Assembly (NCBI GenBank): GCA_023213395.1
Contig: CM041465.1
Span: 199,771,741-199,835,740, forward strand
DNA from: Cycas panzhihuaensis
Lineage: Eukaryota; Plantae; Cycadophyta
DNA: 64,000 nt
Reading direction: 5' to 3'
Shown here: one piece after another, positions 51,501 through 64,000 of the stretch
Numbering within the stretch: the first letter of the stretch is position 1
How the letters are laid out: every line of letters starts with the position of its first letter
Position numbers and translations under genes: made by a program
The notes under the pieces: generated by a model
Seen by the model: the letters and a program-made list of their open reading frames with translations, nothing else
What the model was told of the DNA's origin: nothing
The model's database searches: none

Positions 51501-54500
51501 ATCCTCTTTAGTTAGGGTATCTGCACCATCATAGATCCTGCAATTGGATAAATTATAGCAATAAAACATGAAGAAAGCATCTTATACAAGCTTGATAGTG
51601 TCTCTATAGCCTCTAACCCACCATTAGAATCTTGCCCAATGGCCCAAAGTGCACAACTTAACAAGGGGAAAGATGTCATGATGGGAGACTCCCCTTTTGT
51701 CTAAGAATTAGGCGAATGCTCCTACTCAAATGATTAATGTACCTCTAATGGTGCTAGGGGCTAGTTATGACATCAATGCCTTAGTCACTTGAATATATAG
51801 AGTTTAAACCTTATATCAAGGCTTCATATGGTATATTTCTTACCTAATATCAAGAGATAAAGTAGCATTTATAAGGTATATCTTATGGAAAAGCAACAAA
51901 GAGAAAAATTCCCATATAAGAATGTATGGAGAGATTCCCAACTATTGGAGTTAGTCCAGTTAGACATTTGTGGGCCTATACTAGTATAATCACTCAATGG
52001 TAGCCTGTATTTCATGACATTCATAAATGATTATTCTAGGAAAGTATGGGTTTACTTCATAAAAAATAAGCACTAATCCCTGGATAAATTTAATGACTTC
52101 AAAGCTGAGGTATAAAATGAGAGTGGTATGACTATCAAGACACTCAAATCTCATAATGGTAGCAAACACATCTCAAATGAATTCACTAATTTTTGTAAGG
52201 AACATGGCATTAAACACCTTTTTCTAGCACTTCACATACTACAACAAAACAATGTTATAGAGAGAATGAACTAAACATTAGTGAATAAAGAAAAAGCCAT
52301 GTTAAGTATTGCTAAAATTACCACTAGATTTTAGGTTGATACAATTATGATTATTGCATACCTAACCAATAGGAGTCCCACTATGGAAGTTAGGAATATG
52401 ACTCTTGAGGAAGCTTGGTTAGGACTTAAACCAACTGTTGCACATTTGAAAACATTTGAATGCATAATATACAAACTTGTTCCAAAGGAGAATAGAAAGA
52501 AGTTTAATGATAAAAGCCTTAAGTATATATTCCTTGGCTATGTACCTAATTGTAAAGCATACAAGGTGTATGACATTATTAGAAACCAAGCATACACAAC
52601 ATAGGAAAAATTTTAAAGCCACTAGTACTAGTCTCTTCCTACACACCATGTCCTTCATCAATTCTAGCAGTCTCCACTTCTATAATAGAACTAATCAGAA
52701 CAATGTCATCTATTTTAGTTGATGATCTTCAAGTGGAAGCCACTAGCATTCAACCACCTCCCAAGTGGGTTTAACAATTATTAAAGGATGCTCCTCCTCC
52801 TCCCACAACCACTAAAAGACCATCAAAGATGAGACACACTACCATTTTTGCCCTAATGGCACGTTTCCTAGATAACCCTAAGCCTTCCACATTTGAAGAG
52901 GTAATCAAAGACTAAACATAAAAAGTAGTCCTAGATGAAGAGATGAACTCCATCTTGAAAAATAAAATTTAGGAGCCACCTAAGAAAAGGTAATTGATTA
53001 TAAATGACTCTACAAAACCAAATTCTACATAGATAACACCATCAAGAATGATAAAGCTCATCTTGTAGCAAAATGTTTTAAACAATAAGAAGGGGTAGAC
53101 TATGATGAGATCTTTGTACTAGTGGATAACATGATTATATTTCATTTCGTAATGTCACTAGTATCCCAATTCAATTGGCCAATTTACCAATTGGATGTGA
53201 AGAGTGCTTTCCTTAATGAAGAGCTCATAAAATAGGTTTTCTTAAAGCAACCTCTTGCCTATACTATTTTAGGCTAAGAATACTTAGTTTATAAGCTCAA
53301 GAAAGCCCTATATAGACTAAAGTAGGAACCACATGCTTGGTATACAAAGATTAATGTATTCCTCACTCAACATGGATTCCATCATTTACCCTCTTACCTA
53401 GACTTATACATTCAGGTTATAGAAAACTTTATCACCATTATTATTCTTTATGTGGACGATCTAGCAATCATAGGCAATGACACTGAAGGTATAGCTTGAC
53501 TATAATCATAACTAAAAAGTAACTTTGAGATGATAGATCTTGGGTTTCTTTATTATTTCCTTGAAATTGAAGTTTGGTAAGAACTCGACCATATCTTCTT
53601 GTCTTAATCAACATATGCAAATGAAATCTTGTAAAGATTTAAGATGGCATATTGCAAGCTAGTACCAATTCCTATAGAAATAAGAACTAAGCTAAACTTG
53701 GATGAGTAAGGGAAGCTATTTGATCATCCCTTATACTAATAGTTAGTTAGGAGTCTCATCTATGTCATTTACACTTGACTAGACATCTCTTATGTAGCTA
53801 GGATCTATTCCAGGTATATGTTAAAGCCCAAAACATCGCACTGGAAAACTACAACTAGGACCCTAAGATACATTCATGGCATACGTTAGTTTCGACTTGA
53901 TTAGAACCAAACTGAACCCCCTATCTTAAAATGATATATGGATGCTAATTGGGCAGGTTTCCAAGATACTTTCAATTTAACTTCAAGATATTATTTTGAT
54001 ATGATCTCAAGTGTAATCTCTTGAAGCTATAAGAAGTTGTTAAATGTTGCTCTTTCCTCTATTAAAACTGAATACAAGTAGCTTTTCATACCACTATAGA
54101 GTTAATTTAGCCTTAGAAGGCTTCTCACTAAGTTTGGACTTTAATAAACTACACCTACCACTCTTTACTGTGATAACTAAAGTGTGTTAAAGATGATGAG
54201 GAATCAAGTCTTCCATATTAGAACTAAGCATATTGAGGTCCATCATCACTTTATCCATGAACATATCCAAAACAAAGAAGTTAATCTTATTTACTAGCCA
54301 ACTGAGCTCTAAGTTGCAAATATCTTTACCAAAGCACTTGGAAAACCTAGGTTTGAATGGTTTTGATACAAACTCAACATCAAATGTAATGAAGTTGCCA
54401 TTAAGGGAGGGTATTACAACTTATAATGTTAGCTTCATTACCATGTAATTTACATGTATAGGTATATAGTTGTGTACTATAGGTGACCCTTATTTGTAAT

Positions 54501-54800
54501 TCATCTATAATTTATAAAATTGTCAGGCCTGTCACTTGTGCTGATATGTCATCCAATTATATTGATGTAAACTTTAGTGGTACACTTATAAATTAAGCCT
54601 CACCCATTTCATTTGTATATTGATTCTTTTGTAATATAGAAGCTCTACCAGATTGGAGCCTTATGGAGTGACAAATTCACATGTGATTATTTGTGCATCT
54701 CTATTGTATTTAATTAAGCTTGACTATCATATTATTTTAATAATTTACTTTGTTTTTTGATGGATGCATGTAGTATTTAGATCCTAAAGTAGTTTTTTTA
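48523..54800 (+). mobile_element. Ty1/Copia element D, full length, decayed
   Basis: TSD TCATT at 48518-48522 and 54801-54805. LTRs 48523-48911 and 54412-54800; PBS TGGTATTAAAGC 48912-48923; PPT TTAAGGGAGGG 54401-54411. WIFDLGATCHM, LELVQLDICGP, RT QLDVKSAFLN and LYVDDL, RNase H RTKHIEVHHHFI and NIFTKAL. Confidence 0.95.
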
Positions 54801-56657
54801 TCATTGCTCTTCACTTGGATTGCAAGTTACGAGTAAATATATATAGAGACATCTTGAGTTTTTGCTTCCTCATGAGGTGGCATATTTTGTCTGTAGACTT
54901 TAGGTGTAATAGTATCTCTTTTATGGGTTTGTGCTACCATTAGTATTGGGGCTAGAGTAATCATCCATACTATAGTACTATTAGGAGGAGTTTTACACAA
55001 CCATTGTAATAACCTTTAGGGTGCATAATGATTAGCAATCACCTTAAAGTTAGTTAATTATGAGATCAATCTTTCATTTCTACATATGAGTTGGGTTTAA
55101 GACCATGTATTAGACTTACTTCAATCAATAGGACATGCAATCAACCATAAAAAGAGGAGAAGGAATATGTAACCATGGTTATGACCATCTGCCACTTATG
55201 GGTGTCTTCACAACTAGATTTTTACCTTTAAGAATTTATCCTTATGCTCTAGAATTTGACTTTATTTCATTAAATTCTCATGTTCTCTCACATTATAATT
55301 CCTAAATAAGGGATCATCTTCTTATTAGATTCTAACTTATTATGGGCCATACCCATTTTCTATGATTAATTATTTATCTGTGGCCTCCTTTGTTCTTTAG
55401 TGCTTTTAGAATATACTACATCCTATAAATCTTTCACAGAGTCACCCATCGAGATATTTTCCTAATCTTTTAGAGAGAACTACTCTAATCACTCACTTCT
55501 TAAATAACACTTAATCACTAGCAATACAAGTTGTGATTTCTCCCTTTATCTAAGGACCCTTATTTATAGATGATTAAGTAAGACCTAGATATTTAAAGAA
55601 CTTTATTTGACACCACTCCCTAAGTTTAGGTGTGAGTTTCTTATTGGATGGATGCATAATCACTTTTATGAAGTGTCAGCCCTAATATAATGATTAAAAG
55701 ACTAAGTCATCATGTCAAGTAATTATCCTTTAATATTTAATCATGAGATGAAGAGGGATAATTAAGGTCACTTTACAAAGTGCCTCTAGGAGGATTATGA
55801 TCTTCTTGATATTTGTGCTAGACTTGATCCATTAGACCTTTATATTTATTAGATATATAGCCCCACTTTATTATTTCCACATAATGGATTCTTTATTTTA
55901 ACACACATACCTTAAAAATTTTCATTACAAAGAATCTTTTCTCAGATATTATGGTGTTTTATAAACATTTATCATTTTTACCAATTCTTGCATGATGGCT
56001 TCTCACTTTATGACTTTTGACATAATAGCCATTTTTGTCCTTCCTAGCCTAAAAGGTAAGTAGTACATATGGGAGATGATGTTATAGGTGTTTTCTTTGA
56101 TCTAATTTTCTTCATAATATATATTTTCCTTTCTTGTATAGATGATTGATGTGTATACTTTTCCCACTTTTGAGATGGTTCATTGGAGCTACGATGCTAA
56201 AAATGAGCTTGTTTATGGGGAACTTCTATATGTGGCAATGATATATTACTTTTTCTCTCTCCTACATCTTGGATTCCTACTTTGTCCATCATTTTTAGGA
56301 AAATGATTTCTAGAAAAAAAAAAAAAAAAAAAAAAAGATCTCATCTTAGGATGGTAAGTCATGGGAATAACTTTGTCACTTTAACTCTCCTACATAAGCT
56401 CCACCCACTAGATGTGTTCCTATGTGACAATCTCCTACATGATTACTTACTAAATTAGAGCTTCAAATAAGATTATAACTCATAGGAAAGGCTTATCAAT
56501 GATTCATGTTCTTATATATTCCACTCCCACATGGTAACAATCCATGTTATCCTTCTTTTGCATAACCATTCACATTAGAACTTATCCTTTTATTTCATTG
56601 CAATCATACTCTATTTACCCTTAATTTTAGGTGGAAAAAATAAAGGATAATAGGTAT

Positions 56658-59600
56658 TAGTAGGATACCACTCTTTTAATAATAAATAACACATAAATAG
56701 TACCGAAATAAGAGTGCTTTTATTATAATACCCTTCGAGGGGATAACCTCACAACATCCTAGTTACATATAATAACAATGATCTTTAAAAGTAGTCCACT
56801 CTAAAGATTATATATAGATAGATAAATAGGATCTATGGCCACTACACAACCTCCTACTTATACATGTGGGATATTAAGAAAAATAAATAAGTAGAAGTTA
56901 TAAGAGAAGGTAATTTAGGGATTGGGTCCCTAATAAGTCCCCCCCTTCTAAAAAAGCTTTACCCTTAAAGATTGTTGATCTCAAGAAGTTCTTAGATAAA
57001 TTACTCATTTTTCCAAGTTATATCTTCTTATGAGAGTAATTTCCATTTAATGAAATACTCAATGCTTTGCCTAGATCATATATATCATACTCTTTTATTA
57101 ATAATGCATTTTAGAATGAGTTGAAGCCATCCCTCCTTATTTCGTATTGGTAGTTTAGTTTAAACTTGTACTTGCTACCAAATGACCCTCTTAAGATATG
57201 AAACATGGAAAATATTATGGATCCTTAATGGTGGTGGTAAGTCTTAAGGCATACGTAACTTCACCAATCTTCCTAAGGATTTTATAAGGTCCATAGAATT
57301 AGGATCATAATTTATGCTACCCATCTTTTTTGAAGAGAGGATTGCTTGTGTGATTACAACCATAAGTATACTTGATCACTTGGTTAGAATTCTTATTCAC
57401 TTCACACTTTATTTGCCTATTGCTTCATTTGATTTTGTGCAAGATGAAGATTATCCTTAAGTATCTTGAGGACCTCTATTATTTGGCGGATGTGTTCCTT
57501 GATTCGCAAATGTGTTTAATAAAAAAGAATGATTTGATTATGAGGAGACACTTACACTAGTCTTCAAGAAAGCAACAATTTCTTTGATCATTTTCTTAGT
57601 AGCTACATATGATTAAGAATTATACTAGATGGACATTAAGTCTACATTTCTTAATAGAGATCTAAATGAGGGGATTAACATGTTGTGGCCTTTGGTATTT
57701 ATTAAGAAAGGCTAAGAGCATCTTATGTGATGATTGAAGAAGTCATTCTATGGCCTAAAATAAGTACCTCATGCTTGGTATGAGAAGATCAATACCAAAT
57801 TGAGGGAAGAAGTATTTGTTGTTATAGATATAGACTTGCATCTATATGTGAAAAGGAGTAAGACCTCAATAGTAGTTATTGTGTTGTATATAGATAATCT
57901 ACTCATTAGAGGAAATTGTAATAAGACTATTATCAGAGTCAAGTCCAATTTAGGAGCTACCTTTGATATGATAGATCTTGTGCTACTACACTAGTTCTTA
58001 GGCACTGAAGTCAGGCAGATGGAATATTAGATTATATTATTATAGACACTATATATAAAGAACCTACTAGAAAAGTTTAAAATATAAGATTGTAAGATGG
58101 TTGCAATACCATGCACTAAAGGCATAGTGTTATAGAAAGATATGGCCAAACCCTCTATAGATTGAATATTATACTATTAATTATAGGGAGTCTAACCTAT
58201 TTGAGTCATACCAAGCTAGATATTGCTTATGTTGTTGGATTAGTTTCTTGATCTATGTATAATCCTTAAGAACCACATTGGATTATAGTAAAATGAATTC
58301 TAAAGTACTTGAAGGGGACACTTAAATCTTGGTCTCGAATACCTTTATGGTAAAGAGATAAAGTTATATGACTACACTAATGTTGATTTAGGTGGAGACA
58401 TTAACAATAAAAACTCCACTACTAGATACATCTTTGGTGTTGATAATGTATTAGTTTTATGATAGTCAAAGAAATAACAAATAATAACATTATCTTCTAT
58501 AGGGGTAGAATATCAAGGACTCAGTATTAGTGCTAAAGAAGCTACATGGTTGTAAGGTCTCTTAGAAGTTCTTAGAGTTCTAAATGGAAATTTGATCATT
58601 TTTTATTGATAATAAAAGTACCATTCACTTGTTAAAGAATCTAAAGTTTCATGCTCATATGAATCATATTAAGATATAACACCACTACATTTATGAATAG
58701 ATCAAATTAGGGGAGCCACAAGTCAAATATTGTCTGAGTGAATATCAACTTGCAAACATATACACTAAACTATTTATTAAAGATAAATTTACAAATATGT
58801 ATACTAAGTTGAGACTCATATATGCTATCCTTAAGGAGGGATGCATCAACAAGGATAAAGAAGTAGGATAGTCTTAATGTTTGTGATAACTCAACTATTA
58901 CAAGTTGCAGATTCTCCACACTTACATTAAGGGAGGATGTTAGCATGGCAGTTGTTTATTAAGAAACTTATTAATGTTAATGTGGTGCTTTAACTAATGT
59001 GATTAACAAAATGATGTGAGTTATATAGAGAGTCATAACCCTTATCAGTTGACACCTCTTGGAAGGATTATAAATATCCTAAAGCCCTTACATAATTACA
59101 TCAACTAAGTGGTAATTAATATGATCAATAGATCTTTATAGTAGGTTTTTTCCCAGAGTTTTTTGTGTAAATCTTATATATTATGCAATTCATCTAACTA
59201 TTAGGTTAATGATGTGATCTTGGTCACATATTAGGGAGAGACCTTAAGGCATATCTAGAAAGACCTAATTGTGGTAATTAGGTACTACTTTTAAGTCAAT
59301 TGGGATGTCATCATCTTAGAGAACATCCACCTTTATTGGAAGTTACTAACCTTTAAGAGCATACCATTTAGTAATGATCCTTGTACCACCTTTTTTAATG
59401 AGTCTCTCTATATGGTATGAGCTGATGATTTGGGTCAGGGGAGGAATGATTCCATTCAATTTATATTTTATTCCTTTGGAAGTAAATTAGATGAAAATCT
59501 CCTATATATTTAATTGAATGGCCTCCAATGGTTTGAGCTATTATACTTCTAATACAACTTCAACTCCTCTAATGGGAATGTCATACATAAAGGTAAAGAG

Positions 59601-62312
59601 TTAGTAGTCACCCATTTATAACTTGATGTTGTGGCATTCCTCCCCTCATAAGAGAGTGTCCTACCATTAGCCACCAGAACCTATAATTTTTTGATAGGAT
59701 ACAAAAAAAATAATTGAGTTCTTTAGTAAGGTTTTAATTAATAAAATTATGGGTGCTACTAGAATATATTAAGACTAATACATTCCTTTTCTTAATGTAC
59801 CCAACAAGTTTGAGTATTTGTAGGTCTATAATTCTAACTAGGGCATGTACTAATATGGTAGTAGTATCTTTATCTTCTTAATCTACTTGGTCATGGTCAT
59901 TATTTTCTAGTTTTGGCGGAACTTCTTCTATTGGTTTGTTGACTTGGGTGTCATAAATGATGAATAATCATTATTTAGGATACTTATAATCCTTATTCCA
60001 CTTTTGATTACAACAAAAATATAAATCTTTCAACCATTTTTCATCTATTTCTTGGGAAGTCATTCATTGCATACTACGTACTTATGATTGTGATTGCCTT
60101 TTTAGAAATGTTCATTTAAAGGGTCTAGTGGCCTTATATTTTCAATGCAGTGAGCATAGTTGATGGTGGTAGAGATGTTAGTAGGTTTTATGATCCGTAA
60201 TTCATGTCTTATGTCATCTCATAACCCACCAATATATAACTCAAGTAATTTATCCTAGGCATAGACTATCAACCCTTGTGGAGAAACATTGATATTCTAC
60301 CATATAAGCTAAAATAGTGCCTTCCTATTAGACGTTAGCTAATTAGTTGAAGTGGTCTTAATCCTAGGTACTATCATATCAGTTTACGAGATCCTTGACC
60401 AAACCCTCTCATTAATAATTGATTCCAATAGTTATTTTCTTAATCCATTGGTACCATTGGTAAGGCTTTGGTTCCATGTGTAAAGAGGTGAATGAAATCA
60501 TTTTATTTCCTAGAACTTGGTGAAGAGAAAAGTATTGTTCCATTTTTTTTACCCAAGTTTACGCATCTATGCCATTGAATTTTTTTTATTTCAACTTTGA
60601 GAAGGTAGTTGGGTTAGAAGTGTCAGTTATTATGGTCCTCATTATCCCTATTAAAGTGGATATCACTTGTGTGAGTAGTGTCCTTAAATTCAATCTTTCC
60701 TTGGATTTTTGATAAGTATCTTCTTATTGGGTATGTTTCATACTTGTTAACTCAAGTATTACCCTTTTTTTTTTTTTCAGAAGCCTATTTAGATATGTTA
60801 CATGTCTTCTAAAATTTGGGTGATTGTATCATTTAGCTCTTAAGTCTAATTAGGATTCACCTTAGGGGCCATTTAGTTACCAAACCAAAATGGAATCTTG
60901 GTTGGTAAATATGAATGAAGAGCTCTAATGGAATGTCTATATATTATCTATATCTAAAAGTTGTAACTAAGGGTGTTAATATGTCGTTTAACCCTGATTC
61001 ATTATAATGACATAATGTGAAGAGTTTTTTCTTTTATTTTTAAAGGGTCTAAAACTTTATTTTAAGTTAAGAAGTAAAGGGAGGTTAGAGTAATCTAGCC
61101 ATTGAATGAGGAGTTAAATGAACTTCTTATAGATTTTTAGATTTTCTAGTTGGGTTCAAATCCTTACAAGGTGAAATTCTCTTACTTTAAAAAAATTTGA
61201 TAATATAACCATAAAGGGTATTTGGTCCAAAATTATGAGAGGCTTCTACTCTTAAATTTTGGAGGGAAATCAAGTTATCATTGATCAAATATGATCTTAA
61301 GAAGAAAAGAAATAGAAATTAGAAATTTTTAAGAATTTTGTATGAATTTAGGTAGGATTCATTGAGGGAGATTTTGTGTAGAATGGTTTTCTATATGGTC
61401 CCTAAAATTTGGAATTAAACCAAGGTCCTAGTAGTGAGCTGCTTAGGACCAACTAACTGACTGACTAACTAATTGCATCTAGACTATAGACTAATTAACT
61501 AGATACATTAGGTTTGGGGATTATTTGGTTTATAGGCCCCTTTATGGCACCATTATTGAAGCAAGGGTATGTGAGGAGTAGCTTCTTAATACTAACTTCT
61601 AATCGATGCACTATAAGTTATAAATGATTTTTAGGATTCTTATGGTTACTTACACTAGGAAATCCTACCTAAGGAAGTCCTCCTATATACTTGCATATAT
61701 GTGGAGGTATAATTTCATAGTTAAGTCCTATTTAAGGCTTAATTTAAGAGTGTTATCTCTAGTCCTTTATGTATGTGCATATACCCATATATGCTTAGCT
61801 TAAAATAACAAATTCTCATGATGTTTAAAGATCTCTAGCATAGGGTTTCTATCCAAATGAGGAAAAAAATTATCTAATTGTAGTGTTATAATAGTTTCCC
61901 AAGTACAACATAGTCTACCTCTAAATACAAAAGTAAAAAAACTTCTCTTTTAATGAAAAGAAAATGAAAGCTAACAAAACTAATTTAATACCTTTGACTC
62001 TCCTAGTGGTTATGGAGCAACTACTCTAATACCAGTTGATAGGATACTGCTCTTTTAATGATAAATAACACATTAATAGTACCAAAATGAGAGCACTTAT
62101 GTTGTAATACCCTTTGAGAGAGAAACCTCCAAGTTATATTCATTAATAATGATTTTCAAAAGTAGTCCACTCTAAGGAGTACATGGATATATATAGGCTT
62201 TATAGCCACTACACAACCTTCCACTTATATATGTGAGATATTAAGAAGAGAGAAGAAGTAGAAGATATAAGAGAAGATAGGATAATGTAAGTTAATGGTT
62301 AGGTCCCTAATA
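56658..62312 (-). mobile_element. Short-LTR chromodomain Gypsy element with internal deletion and nested Copia fragment
   Basis: LTRs 56658-56935 and 62037-62312; PBS rc TGGTATTAGAGT 62023-62034; PPT rc AAGGGGGGGACT 56936-56948; flanks GGTAT/GACAT, consistent with a decayed GGCAT TSD. Gag (FTSLHMEPKPYQWYQW ~60470), protease (IYSSSTHNF ~59750), integrase GPY module and chromodomain 56960-57480. Confidence 0.9.
57490..59199 (+). mobile_element. Ty1/Copia element E, 3' half (RT, RNase H, PPT, LTR ~58938-59199)
   Basis: DYEET, MDIKSTFLN, LKKSFYGLK, VLYIDNLLI, TLSSIGVEY, NIYTKL. PPT TTAAGGGAGGA, then TGTTAG...CTAAC. Confidence 0.88.
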
Positions 62313-62319
62313 GACATTA

Positions 62320-63450
62320 TAGTCTCTAAGAGGTAAAATCTCAAATGTCACATGAGTGGACAACTTTTCTCATGTTAATGGAAAAAAAAGCATATATTCA
62401 ATCACTCTCTTCTTATTCCTATTAGCTAGATGGGTACTCCACTTTTTCTTATATGTTTAAGTTTTAAGTTTGCATTTATTTGCTACTCTAGGATACAAAA
62501 AATTATAACTATTATATGAATCTATAGGTATAGTAAGTGTTTACCCTAATATCTTACCTATGGCATGTCCTAAGATAAATTATTTAAATTATTTATTATC
62601 TTTCCTCCATTTGATAGTTGCATGTACATATATATGTTCTTCAACTTCATCTATCGTAATGGGATTGAGCTCTAGGTTATGAGCTCTTCCCCTTACTTCT
62701 ATTTATTGTAAATAGTTTATAATAACATGTCCTTTCTCTTTATATTAGTGACATCTTCTTTCTCCTAAAATTTTGGTAATATTTCTGGGTGTTGGATTGA
62801 ATCTTGAGTTTCCTAGTGGACGATTAAAATCCCTTCCACCTTAATGGAACCTTTGCTATCTGAAGTCTCTTTTTGGTAGGCCTTACCTTATCTACCCTTT
62901 TCATTTCTAATTACCTTGCTTACCCTATGGTTTTACCCATTGTTCTTCAAAATATTTGGCTTTCTAAATGGCCTCCTCCAAGGTTTTGGGCCCATGTAAC
63001 TTGATTCAACTTTGAATGCTATCATTTAACCTACTGATAAACTTATGAGCCTATACCTTCTCCTCCTTTATATAGGGAACATATTGGATAAGTGTTATAA
63101 GCTCTTGTTCATACTTCTCTTCTATTTATTTCTTTAGTTTGTAGAAGGTGTTTTCTACAATCTAAAATGTACATAATCATCTTGCACTAACATGCAAGTG
63201 AAGGTACATATTTCTAGTCTTTTATTTTACTTTAGATTAATTTAGTTCTTTTAATTGGCATGCACTTACATTTTCCTATTATTTTGATGGATGGGTATAT
63301 ACATTTTTAGCTTATGATGATTTTGATTATGGTCAATGACTCCAAAAGGTTATCCACCTAAGCTTAATGAACTACAAAAAAACTTTTGAGTCCCTTTGTA
63401 GGTGCTTATGTCCATTCTTTTACTCCTATTTATAGTGATTCCTTACTTGT
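62320..63450 (-). pseudogene. Very decayed Gypsy gag-protease fragment
   Basis: rc GKILG*TLTIPIDSYNSYNFLYPRVANKCKL (protease) and FEILPLRDYNV, with a KGH zinc-knuckle remnant ~62730 and a G/R-rich gag linker. Confidence 0.55.
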
Positions 63451-64000
63451 TTTACTCTTTTAGGTGTTTTTATTGTTAAAATCATTAGTTTTATATGTAT
63501 TTTTTCCTATCCCATTGTAATACATGCTTATTCAGCTTTGATTTCAATCTATCCCATATTGAAACTTATCTATTTTGAGTTTTATTTTACTTTTGGAAAG
63601 ATCAATGGTATCGTAAAGTTTAAAATACAAACTTCATGGTATATTACAAACTTCATGAGATAATACTATGTAAATTTAAAAAAATAAAGTACATATTTTA
63701 AGGTGTAATTAATATGTCTAATTATATTTTTATCCTAGATAGTCTTGAAAATATTAGAGGAAGTTGTTATTTCCTTCCCAAAGACTCTAATCATTAATGC
63801 TTTATCTATTTTAAATGCACCAAAATCCATGTCCAATTTGCCTATGGTTAGATCTAAACCATTGGCACAATACCACTTATCTAGTGGAACTCAACATTTA
63901 TAAATACCACTACTTTCTCATAAGGGAGGAGGTAAAAAATTACAGTGTTATGTTGCTAAAATATTACCAAAATTTTTGTTGCTTCCTTTACCCATGTATT

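Overview
Land-plant nuclear DNA from a repeat-dense, probably heterochromatic region. I find no intact host gene. The window is a stack of nested, mostly decayed retroelements: two short-LTR chromodomain Gypsy elements, two Tekay/Del-like Gypsy pol fragments, one Gypsy gag-protease fragment, five Ty1/Copia elements or fragments, and one young, GC-rich, near-full-length L1 LINE with RNase H. The most notable structure is a three-level nest. A Copia host element (21.3-38.6 kb) is interrupted by a non-autonomous LTR element (22925-35741, minus strand) with a perfect AGGAA TSD, paired LTRs, a tRNA-iMet PBS and a PPT. That element encodes no pol, keeps only a short gag N-terminal remnant near its 3' end, and carries host-gene cargo: an apparently intron-free tryptophan synthase alpha fragment and a PPR-motif fragment. 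Its 3' LTR is split by the L1 (18-bp TSD). A second, diverged member of the same non-autonomous family lies at about 5.7-9.1 kb. Old elements show pervasive C>T/G>A decay, including TG..CA LTR ends turned into TA..TA. All calls come from manual translation and by-eye alignment; no database searches were run.
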